From: Epithemia pelagica
Lineage: Eukaryota; Protista; Bacillariophyta
Direction of reading: 5' to 3'
DNA length: 64,000 nucleotides
Assembly: GCA_946965045.2 (NCBI GenBank)
Contig: OX337228.1
Location: forward strand, 6,324,001 to 6,388,000
Positions 55,453 to 64,000 of the stretch are shown in pieces (within the stretch, counting starts at the first letter, position 1; each line of letters opens with the position of its first letter). The notes beneath the pieces were generated by a model. It was not told where the DNA came from. It did no database searches and worked only from the letters and a program-made list of their open reading frames with translations. The position numbers and the translations under genes are program-made.

Positions 55453-57837
55453 TCAAATGTCTTGATAAAGAAAAATTTTACCATCCGCCCCAGCGGTAAA
55501 AACCCATGGCTGCGTTGGGTGAAAACAAATGGACAATGCACCTAGTTTGTTGGTAACCGAGTGCCCTCGTAAAATCTTTACGGGAACAATCAATGGATTC
55601 CGCATCAAGTCATTGTACACCATGCTGTGAAAAATATGCACTGCACCATCGTCGGAGGCGCTTGCCATGAGAGGATACCGACTATGGTATCCAAGGGAGC
55701 GAATCGCCCGTTCGTGGTACTTTAATGTTTTGTATGGAGTTGCACTCAAATCCATATCAAACCAGACCATGCGACGATCAAGGCTTCCAACAATTAAATG
55801 ATCTCCAGAGGAATGGACATCCAGAGAAGAAATCCATCGACATCCCGACATGAGGCGCTTGACCAGTGACTGTTTAACAAGGTGATAGACTCGGACGTGC
55901 TGTTGACTGGCTACAAACAAAAAGGGTTTGCTTGGATGAAAACAAGCCGCTTGTGCCTCGCCCTTTGTTTTGCTAAATGGTTGTTGAGAGTTGCCTCGGC
56001 TCAGTTGATGAATTAAAACAGCTGCTGCTCCAGCCTTCGGACTCACAGAGACGAAATAATCTCCTTTTGCTTGCCATCGTACGGTAGCGACATCGTAGTT
56101 AGTCCTCAGCAAGCAGATGGGTCCACGGAACCCATTGGACGAAAGAGAAGGCATTTTTGGAGAATCCTTCGACAGAGGCTCCCACCGAACCGCTTTCATT
56201 GCTTTTGGGTTTGTAACATTGCCACCTTGAAAAGCAGCAGAGAGTAGAGCGTCTGTGACTTCAGTATCGTTCACGCCGGCTGTCCCTGTGGCAACGATAA
56301 CAATACACTTGCCCACTGCCGCAAGAATACAATGATGCGTACGGCATGGGTTCCATTCAAGGCTTACAATGGGCAAAGCAGTTGTGTCGGAGGTTTCATT
56401 TGTACCATTCTCAGAACACAAACTTGATAGGTCAAAACTGCATAGGAGCCGTCCTGATTCGACATCCCACAGGCGAAGGTACCCATCGGATGCCCCACTT
56501 GCCATGTATTGTCCATTCGGACTAGCAGTAACGCACCGAATGACGGGAGCTTTGCCATTCACTGTTGGTGTCACATATTCTACACATTTGGCATTTGGAA
56601 ATGGCTTTAGATCGCCCGTCTTGGGAAGACGTGGGACCAAGCTCTCTGGATCAATATTCAAGCGTCGCTTCATGGCTCTTGGACACAAGTACAAATCGAG
56701 GCAACGCTCAAAGGTTTCGCGAATTGCATGTTCGTAAGCTCCCAGGGACCGTAAGTTTGGAAACCTCTTTGGAACTAAAAGTCCATGTGGTCGATCCTTG
56801 GGTTCTAGTTCTTTCCATTCATTCTTTTCTTCTTCGGTAGGAATATACTCTTCTGGTGGTATATAACTTTCCGCGTGACCCGGTGGTGCTGGTTTGGGAG
56901 CGGCAATGTGTTGAGGTCCTTTGCGCATGGCGATTTCATCTTCTTCGTCTCCGGTCCACAACATGTACAGTTTATCCGCATCCATCTTGTCCTTGGTACT
57001 GTGTTGTTTCCCTTTCAAGTAGTCCAATGTGATATCCTCCTTCTCCAAGCGTTCCAGTAGTTTTTGGACTTGTAACTTTTCCCATTTACTGGGTTGAAAT
57101 CTCGCTTTTGGTTCGTATTGCTCGGCACTGAGTCCGGCAACTTCTTGATTGACACCCGAAAAATAGTCGATATAATCAGGATTTCCATCATGTTCGGGAT
57201 GACCAAAGGCTCCCGATTGAACTCGACGAATGAGTTCGACTTGACGAGCAGTCAGCTCAACGTTGCGATCATTGAGGGCATCATGTACAACAAACTTTCC
57301 CTTGGCCCTGTTGTCCTGCATGGCAATGGCTTGGTCCAGTCGGTCCCCCGAGGATCCACTGGCCGATTTGGCAATCTTTTTTCCATGTGCATCGTATCCA
57401 ACGTGATCAAATTCATCGTACCAATGAAGTGGTACTCGACCAATTCGGTTCCCAGCGCCATTGTCATCTTCGTCGTCCGAGGACAAGTCGTCCGTGTGCA
57501 TCCATCGAGCAGTAGATGATTCATTGGCCGAACCGCCGCGTTTCTGGGAAGACAAATTTGCAACAGAAGAACTCCACGAGCGTGGTGCTTGTTCATAGGA
57601 CAATTCCACGTCTTCGTCGGAATCGTCTTCGACCTGGCCTTGTCGCTCGATACGATCGTCGTCATCATCGGACGATCCTTGATCTTCAAACTCTTCTTCG
57701 CTGTCTTCCTGCTCTTCCTCATCATCGTCCGTCGAATTTTCATTGTCCTTTTCGTAGATTCCATCATCAGCAGAGTCGTAGACACTGGAATCCGAAGACT
57801 GTGCTTCTTCGGACGGTTCGTTGTGTGCTTCCACCAT
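55453..57837 (-). CDS. BOP1: Ribosome biogenesis protein BOP1/Erb1
   Basis: NRIGRVPLHWYDEFDHVGYD, PPGHAESYIPPEEY, FERCLDLYLCPR, NIDPESLVPRLP, C-terminal WD40 repeats ending FHPTQPWVFTAGADG. Confidence 0.97.
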   Translation of the reverse strand: MVEAHNEPSEEAQSSDSSVYDSADDGIYEKDNENSTDDDEEEQEDSEEEFEDQGSSDDDDDRIERQGQVEDDSDEDVELSYEQAPRSWSSSVANLSSQKRGGSANESSTARWMHTDDLSSDDEDDNGAGNRIGRVPLHWYDEFDHVGYDAHGKKIAKSASGSSGDRLDQAIAMQDNRAKGKFVVHDALNDRNVELTARQVELIRRVQSGAFGHPEHDGNPDYIDYFSGVNQEVAGLSAEQYEPKARFQPSKWEKLQVQKLLERLEKEDITLDYLKGKQHSTKDKMDADKLYMLWTGDEEDEIAMRKGPQHIAAPKPAPPGHAESYIPPEEYIPTEEEKNEWKELEPKDRPHGLLVPKRFPNLRSLGAYEHAIRETFERCLDLYLCPRAMKRRLNIDPESLVPRLPKTGDLKPFPNAKCVEYVTPTVNGKAPVIRCVTASPNGQYMASGASDGYLRLWDVESGRLLCSFDLSSLCSENGTNETSDTTALPIVSLEWNPCRTHHCILAAVGKCIVIVATGTAGVNDTEVTDALLSAAFQGGNVTNPKAMKAVRWEPLSKDSPKMPSLSSNGFRGPICLLRTNYDVATVRWQAKGDYFVSVSPKAGAAAVLIHQLSRGNSQQPFSKTKGEAQAACFHPSKPFLFVASQQHVRVYHLVKQSLVKRLMSGCRWISSLDVHSSGDHLIVGSLDRRMVWFDMDLSATPYKTLKYHERAIRSLGYHSRYPLMASASDDGAVHIFHSMVYNDLMRNPLIVPVKILRGHSVTNKLGALSICFHPTQPWVFTAGADGKIFLYQDI

Positions 57838-58316
57838 GGTGAGAATTGAGAATGAGAGACAAACAATTTTGGTTTCGTGGATCGCAAGATTGAGCTGATA
57901 ACCTATTATAGGTCTGAGTAATTCGTGACTGAAAGGGAGACTGAGCTCTGAGGAGGGGTCCGTAGACTAGGTGCAGATAAAGCCGACCTTGGTTGTATAC
58001 CCCTACGAGCATAGGAGTAGTTGTTGTCCAAGGATGATACGGATACCTATTCCTACCGGTTCTCTTTGGCAATCCATGTCGGTGATTCTAGTCGATCAGC
58101 ACTGTTCTCGAGAGAAACGGAGGTCTATCTCTAAGTAGATCATGGAGTAAGGAATTCCATTGCATTACAGCATGTCCATGAACTAGGTATAGCACGTTCT
58201 CTAGAAGCCGAAATTCAGTGCACGTGGATTCAAATGCGTTCAGTGGCCCATACCACGAAAGCTTCCCATGCTTCCACCAGCTGCCACGGCTGGTCCCCCA
58301 GGTACCATTGTTCCAA

Positions 58317-59999
58317 TCATGCCGGGAGTCTCCTTGATTTGGTGCTTGTGACTTGGAGCGACACTTGTTGAATTTGATCCATGAGTGTTTGCATCGCCAT
58401 TAGTTGCTGTGCCACCGTGTCTTGGTCGTCGTTTCCCAAGGACATTGTACCACCTCCCATGTTCCTCGCCTTTTGTTGCTGTTGTTTCCGGTCGAGTACA
58501 AGAACACCGCTGGTTTTGTCAATCTTGGCTTGAAGAGTTCCATCCAGAATTAGTTGAACAAGTAGAGACTCAACGTCGGGGACCGAAATGTTGTTCAGAT
58601 GACGAGACGCCAAGGCAGCCAGCGAAATGCGTGAATACGGTCTCAGCACTTTTTGAAGAACCTGTGTTCGAATCGTGCGCAACAAGTCAGTCAAATGCAG
58701 ACGGATGAATTCATCATGATTCAACATTCGCTTTCCTTGTTTCGATTGCAAGATCGCCTCGAAGGAGTGAATGTCGTTGTCCTGGAAGGCCTGTACCAAG
58801 TTGGTCATTGCCACAATCTCAGGATCATCGCGGTAGGGTCTCGCTTCCTGCGAATCGAATGGATTGATGGAAGATGTTCCAAGCATGCTTGCCAGCACCA
58901 GGTACTGCAAACACTTGAGTCTCGACGGGTCGCCTGCTTCATCATATGACTTGAAGGCTTGAAAGAACGTTTTGCCCGCTGCCTCGTACTGTTTCGATTC
59001 CATGTGCATTTTCCCACCCAACTCTTGGATCAGAGCTAATGTCCGTGGATGCGGGATGCCCCCACGCACGGACATGGCCTTTTCAAAAGTTTGACGCAAA
59101 TTCTTGTGGTCCCGCTGTCGACTGTAGAGTTGAATTTGGAGCGCATAAATCTCCATACTCTGAGTGGAAGACGAAGATTGCATCGCCGAGTACGAGGATC
59201 CTTCTGATCCCATGGATGGCGCTTGAGCCAACCCATACGAAGAAGAATATGCCTGAAGGTCGTGCAAGACTCTCTGTAATTTTGATGTTTCATTCATTTC
59301 ATACAGTAGCTGCCCATACTTGATATTGGTTTTGAACCATAAACGTTCATTCTGACCAGATCCTGTTTTGGGATGGAAGGTCTGAAGTGTTGAATCATAG
59401 ACTTGCAAAGCCATGGCTCGAGGATCAATCTTGGAACCATCGCTGCTGTCCGCAGCACCGCCATAAATGTTTCCTTGATAGAGCGATGCTACGCGTTCCA
59501 GCATGGCATTGATACCCTATAAACGTGGAATTTCAAGCAAACAACAAAGTCATGGTTAGAATCGCCAGGAAAAATGAAACCAAATATCAAACATTCTTAC
59601 CTTTTCAATTTGATTAGGAGAGACATCTCCTGAAGCAATGCATTCAAGTAGCCGAGAGTAATCTTTTTGTACAGCTTCCGCATCACCCACTCGAAGATGC
59701 AACTTGACCAACTGCTTCATTGCCTTGTAGGACCACGCGCCGTATTTCTTTCCATTATTGTCGCCATGACTCGCCAGATCTTGCGACTCTTGTTCAATTA
59801 CTTTCTCAAACGACTGCTTGGCTTCCTCTAAATTTGTTTCGCGCAACCCCTTGGAGTTGTAATACAGATTTTCGAGTTCGACCTGGATGTCGTCCGCCGG
59901 TTCTTCTTCGTCGGTGTATTCGAACTGATCCTCTTCTTCATCATTTTGATCCATTGAGGCATCATCATCATATTCGTATTCATATTCATCGTCCGACAT
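58317..59999 (-). CDS. CSN2: COP9 signalosome subunit 2; exons 59601-59999 and 58317-59516 (533 codons)
   Basis: ENLYYNSKG, WSYKAMKQLVKL, ERLWFKTNIKYG, EIYALQIQLY, IPHPR, FFQAFKSYDEAG, NPFDSQEARPY, PCI domain. GT-AG intron 59517-59600. Confidence 0.95.
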
Positions 60000-60368
60000 G
60001 TTCTAGATACTTCTCCAATCCAAAGGAAGTCTTTGTTGCGCAGAGAGTTGCTTCCTGTGCCCTTACCCACCCTTTTATGTCACGAAATCTTTGGTTTCCC
60101 GGCGCGAAATTTTGCATCCAACAAATTGTTGTCGGTCGCACTAGATCCGTCAAGACGCCAACATGTACTAAATCCGTTGACTGTCGTGACTCCAAGTCAA
60201 TAGAAGAGACGAAGAGTTTCTACTGCATCAATAATCAATATGTCTTTCGTTTAGAGATAAGTTAATATCATGCTTAAACTGGCAAGATGAAATGCGTTCA
60301 CCAAAAGTCGCTATCATCCGGGCGACAACGTGTCAAGTTAGGAGAGGGAAAAACTACATCCCAGCTGC

Positions 60369-60997
60369 TTAGTAGTACTTTCCATTGTCCTTTCCTTGGG
60401 CATCCAAGATACCAGTCCAGAAGTTAGCCTCGAAGTTGAACTTAGCGTTGACATCAACTTGCACTTCGATGAATCCACCTGATTGCTTGACAGGGAAAGT
60501 GGGGACACCCTCAGGTGTGAAGGCACCACCGATAATTCCACCAATTCCAGAAGGGCACCACTTGCCAACAACTTCACCAGTCTTCAACGAGAACTTGGTT
60601 CCCAAAACAGGGTCTTGGATGGTACCATCGGCATTTACCTTACCGAATGAAAGGGGCTGGTTGATGGGCGGGCATTTGTCTCCAAGGGCGTAGACGGATC
60701 CCTTGTTGTCGACGGCAATGCAGATAGCAAGGCCTCCGGCAACACCGGAAGTGGCCTTTCCGGGCTTAGGAAGGTCTGAGACAGGGATGCACTTTTCATA
60801 TCGCATGGCCGACTTGAACTTGGCCATGTCGAGAGCAGTGCTGCTCTTTACCTGTGCTCCGCCAAGGCCAAAGAATGTTAGATACGAGTATGCCACCAAG
60901 CCCGAACTATACCCTTCCCTTTACTTACAGAGGCCTTGGGGCTTGCTGTGAAGGCCGAGACGGCAGCAAAAAGGGTAGCCAAAAGGAAGAGCTTCAT
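60369..60997 (-). CDS. Plastid-targeted Rieske-fold protein with degenerate Fe-S ligands; exons 60929-60997 and 60369-60851 (184 codons)
   Basis: Signal peptide MKLFLLATLFAAVSA-FTA (ASAFAP type). Intron 60852-60928. Rieske-ferredoxin pattern VYALGDKCPP..QPLSFG...IQDPVLGTKFSLKTGEV...VPTFPVK. Confidence 0.85.
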
Positions 60998-61545
60998 GGT
61001 GCAGACTAAATTGACAAGACAAGCGTTGTTGTAATTTGACGAAAAGTAGTCTTCAGGTGCGTATCCTTGTTTTTCAACATGCTCCAATCCGGACGACAGT
61101 CGGGCGCTCCCATCAGATCACAAGTCACACGTCACTCCCCAGATCAAGACAGAATTCGCGACCGGATGGATCCCGGACAGTCTGTCGTATGTCAGTGTGA
61201 CTCTGGCAGACTGTCGTCTTTTCAGTCAGTAAACAGGATGCTCTACAATACCATATCATGTCAGTAATACATACCGAAAGTTGCTTCAATCCCTACTCCC
61301 AACCGTGTCGTAGTTTCTCACATAATTACAATTAAATTCTAAATCTTAGACAATCTCGCTGAGGTTTTAATCTGCGCTACCTCGATGACTTCCAAGCGAG
61401 TGCGGCTCTTGGAGAAGTAAGCAAAAACCCAAAGACTCTATTAGCAGGTACACCCGCATATTTATTCTGTTCCGATGGGAAATTTTCATAATACATTATA
61501 TTTTAACCTTTGACCACATCTAGACAAAAGCTACGAAGCTTACAT

Positions 61546-61605
61546 CCCCCCGACTTTGGGGGGGCCCAGGCAGGCGAAGGGGGAAAGGGAAGGGGAAAGG
61601 AAGGA
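61546..61605. other. C6/G7 hairpin followed by a 30-nt uninterrupted polypurine tract
   Basis: CCCCCC-gacttt-GGGGGGG at 61546-61564; GAAGGGGGAAAGGGAAGGGGAAAGGAAGGA at 61576-61605. Confidence 0.85.
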
Positions 61606-62041
61606 CTTGCCATAGAATGAGGGATTCCACTTCCTAACGGGAAACCGATATAACCGTCGCCACTTTTTAGTCTTGGTATATCTTGAGTACACTAATCTCT
61701 ATAGTGATCATTTTTCGTGGAGGGAGTTAAATGAGAAATGACAAATCCCCCGCGGCTAGGGGACTGGGCATAATTCGAACTTTCTAACTACCCAATCAAA
61801 TCTTGCCATAAAAAAATGAGCGACAGAAACAGACAGATCCTCAGTACCAAGCTTTCTACACAGGAATCACGTATGTACCTGGCTACGTGAAATTTGTACC
61901 GGAAAATCGCTTGATTCTCAGTATAACACAAACAGTAGTACGAAAGACCGTGGACATCTCACCATCCACATTTCATTACTCATAATTTGGTAACAAAAAC
62001 CAGTGATTACACCGAAGACACAACACCATCATCACTCCATC

Positions 62042-62107
62042 CGTTCCCACCACCATAGCGTTCCCACCACCATAGCGTTGCCATTGCGTTGTCATACCGT
62101 TGTCATC
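62042..62107. repeat. Two 17-bp tandem copies (CGTTCCCACCACCATAG) followed by three degenerate 10-11-bp CGTTG units
   Basis: Read directly at 62042-62058, 62059-62075, 62076-62086, 62087-62097 and 62098-62107. Confidence 0.85.
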
Positions 62108-62149
62108 ACCAACAACAACAACAAGCCGAAAGCCACAGCGGCACAGAAA

Positions 62150-62219
62150 GTAAGTGTTTCCCTCGCCGATGGATGTGATGACAACAGTAACTAACCTTTG
62201 CTTTCTTCCATGTTTACAG
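62150..62219 (+). other. Predicted 70-nt spliceosomal intron in a non-coding 5' leader
   Basis: GTAAGT donor at 62150, CTAAC branch point at 62191-62195, pyrimidine tract, CAG ending at 62219. Confidence 0.7.
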
Positions 62220-62232
62220 GAAAAGTGGAATG

Positions 62233-62390
62233 CAGTAAGGCCGTTCCCAAAACGGACCCGAAACCAAATCGAAAAGTAAGGCCGTTCCCAAAACGGACCC
62301 GAAACCAAATCGAACAGTAAGGCCGTTCCCAAAACGGACCCGAATTCATTTTTTCAGTAAGGCCGTTTTAACGGACCCGAAACCAAAGTC
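62233..62390. repeat. Four tandem 40-41-bp units (CAGTAAGGCCGTTCCCAAAACGGACCCGAAACCAAATCGAA), each with a CCGTT/AACGG inverted repeat
   Basis: Copies start at 62233, 62274, 62315 and 62355. Copies 1 and 2 differ by one base; copies 3 and 4 are more degenerate. Confidence 0.95.
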
Positions 62391-62402
62391 CGGCCATTAA
62401 CC

Positions 62403-63830
62403 ATGGCCCGGGACCGTCGACCCAAGGCGCCTCCAAAGGCGGCCTCAACAACATCCACGGCAGCAACCGCTGCTGTGAAATCTGAATCTCGTCCCAAAAA
62501 ACGGGAACAAGAGGACGATGACAACTTTTCGATCTCGACTCCTATCCCGAAAAAGAAATCCAGGACGAAAGCGCCTGTGGATTCGGAGGAGGAAGAGGAG
62601 AACAAATTCGATGATGAAAACTCAGTCGTACCAATCGACAAACCTCCCAAAAAGAAGGGGGACTCCTCAAAAACGGCCGCCTTGAAAAAGGATGAGTCGG
62701 ATGAAGAGGAAGACGACGACAAAGTCGAAGATGACTGTCCTATATTCGAGGACAAGACTCTCGCTTTGTCCAACTACCTCCCCCGCCATCGGACCAAAGT
62801 CAATAATTTTATGAACGAAAACGTTACGGCTTCCGCGGCGATCGCATTGGCAAATGCCATTGACGAGAATGTATGGTTCCCGCTGGGTCAAACGACTCCT
62901 GGCGCGGATCTATATGGGTTCAGCCTGATTGCTCAGGCCAACAAGGTGCCGTTGAAAGAAGACGAGACGCTAGCAATGGCTATGAACAACCGCATTACGT
63001 CGTTGATCAAGCCTTTGTACAACTTTCAGAAAATCGAAGAAGCCAAGTTTAACTTGAGCGATTACAGCATCCCCACTCCAGTGGTGGTTGTCTTCCCGAG
63101 CAAAGGCGATGCCAAATACAAAGGCTTTGCTGTTTGTGGATCATGGATCTACGTTGCCAAAGAGAAGTACACGATGGAAGCAACCCAGCAGAACTTTTTG
63201 AATCTGGGTTACATGGAAATCGTGAACGAGAAAGGCGATCGTGTTCGTCACAAACACAGCCGATCCAAATTGGAAGAGACGACAAGGCGCCTCGAACAGG
63301 CTGTCACGAGTCTAGAGAACAGTGTCTTGGACATCAACACTGCCCATTTGGAATCGAGCATCAAAACGGAAGACACCACTTGGCGCCTCGAAGAGGCTGT
63401 CGCTGGATTGGCGTTGAGTACGAGCTCGATCTTAGAGAAGCTTGAACAAGGGACAAACAAGCCCTCCGGTTCATCTGAAGCTACTCTTGCCGAGTCTCCC
63501 GACTCCAAGGGAAAGGTTGGACCTACTCCGGAACCAGAAGGACCGGAACAGACCGACGAGGATATGATTCCTACCATTCCTTCTCCAGCACCGGAAGCGG
63601 AAGCGAAACCGACCCCTCCCAAACCCACGGTTATCAACATCAGCCGAGGTGAAGTTGTTCTACAGAAGGGACAAATGCTCCGTGTCCGAAAGGGCGTCAG
63701 GCATTTTGCCATTGTCCCCAACAAGGACTATGTCACAAAACTCCTACAAAAAGAAGAACAACGACGCAGGGAAATGGCAAACGCCGCCCTCAACCCGAAT
63801 TCGCACCATGTCCATGCGTCTCGCCGTTGA
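62403..63830 (+). CDS. Orphan 475-aa protein: charged disordered N-terminus, globular core, duplicated coiled-coil segment
   Basis: Long ATG-initiated ORF (ccATGg context). Internal duplication LEETTRRLEQAVTSL / TEDTTWRLEEAVAGL. No family recognised. Confidence 0.75.
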   Translation: MARDRRPKAPPKAASTTSTAATAAVKSESRPKKREQEDDDNFSISTPIPKKKSRTKAPVDSEEEEENKFDDENSVVPIDKPPKKKGDSSKTAALKKDESDEEEDDDKVEDDCPIFEDKTLALSNYLPRHRTKVNNFMNENVTASAAIALANAIDENVWFPLGQTTPGADLYGFSLIAQANKVPLKEDETLAMAMNNRITSLIKPLYNFQKIEEAKFNLSDYSIPTPVVVVFPSKGDAKYKGFAVCGSWIYVAKEKYTMEATQQNFLNLGYMEIVNEKGDRVRHKHSRSKLEETTRRLEQAVTSLENSVLDINTAHLESSIKTEDTTWRLEEAVAGLALSTSSILEKLEQGTNKPSGSSEATLAESPDSKGKVGPTPEPEGPEQTDEDMIPTIPSPAPEAEAKPTPPKPTVINISRGEVVLQKGQMLRVRKGVRHFAIVPNKDYVTKLLQKEEQRRREMANAALNPNSHHVHASRR

Positions 63831-64000
63831 AGAACGACGAAAAACCCTATCCTACTCCAATTTGTTATTGGAGTGGTATTTGTCATGCCACTCTACAAAT
63901 GGGGAAGAAGATACGAGTGGGGTAAACCTACTACTTGGAATTACTCTGTAAATCCTCGATACTAATATTGCTGTTTCAACACAGTCGATATCTCTGATAG

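Noticed and set aside
61260-61540. AT-rich patch as a candidate diatom centromere
   Set aside because: My hand count gives about 38-40% GC over under 300 bp, neither low nor long enough compared with described low-GC diatom centromeres.
61520-61564. Helitron 3' end (hairpin plus CTAG on the minus strand)
   Set aside because: The base after CTAG is A rather than the expected T, and no Rep/helicase ORF is visible.
62233-62390. CRISPR array
   Set aside because: The units are directly adjacent with no unique spacers, the context is eukaryotic, and there are no cas genes.

Overview
Gene-dense nuclear DNA from a eukaryote, most likely a pennate diatom. The evidence is short GT-AG introns of 70-170 nt, several with CTAAC/CTAAT-type branch points, two ASAFAP-type bipartite plastid presequences and a diatom-type cyclin. 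I support 24 protein-coding genes. Most are recognisable housekeeping genes (SF3A1, GPN1, ATG4, NUP50, typA, SWC4/DMAP1, FZR1, ATG2, BOP1, CSN2); seven are spliced, and all seven exon models sum to whole codons. There is one 200-N assembly gap, and I found no rRNA, tRNA or CRISPR array. The most unusual stretch is the last ~2.5 kb: a G-rich/polypurine element, then a spliced non-coding leader with four 40-41-bp hairpin repeats that close all three reading frames, an orphan ORF, and overlapping 3' hairpins. This may be the edge of a mobile or viral element, or a gene under unusual post-transcriptional control. Other points of note are three proteins that have lost a key function-defining feature (a secreted aldo-keto reductase lacking the catalytic Tyr, a plastid Rieske fold lacking its ligands, a Sec63-like protein lacking the J domain), a fused O-fucosyltransferase/GT8 enzyme, and several repeated intergenic motifs. 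All family calls come from motif recognition by eye; no searches were run. The ORF track uses alternative start codons, so I moved several starts to the first plausible ATG.
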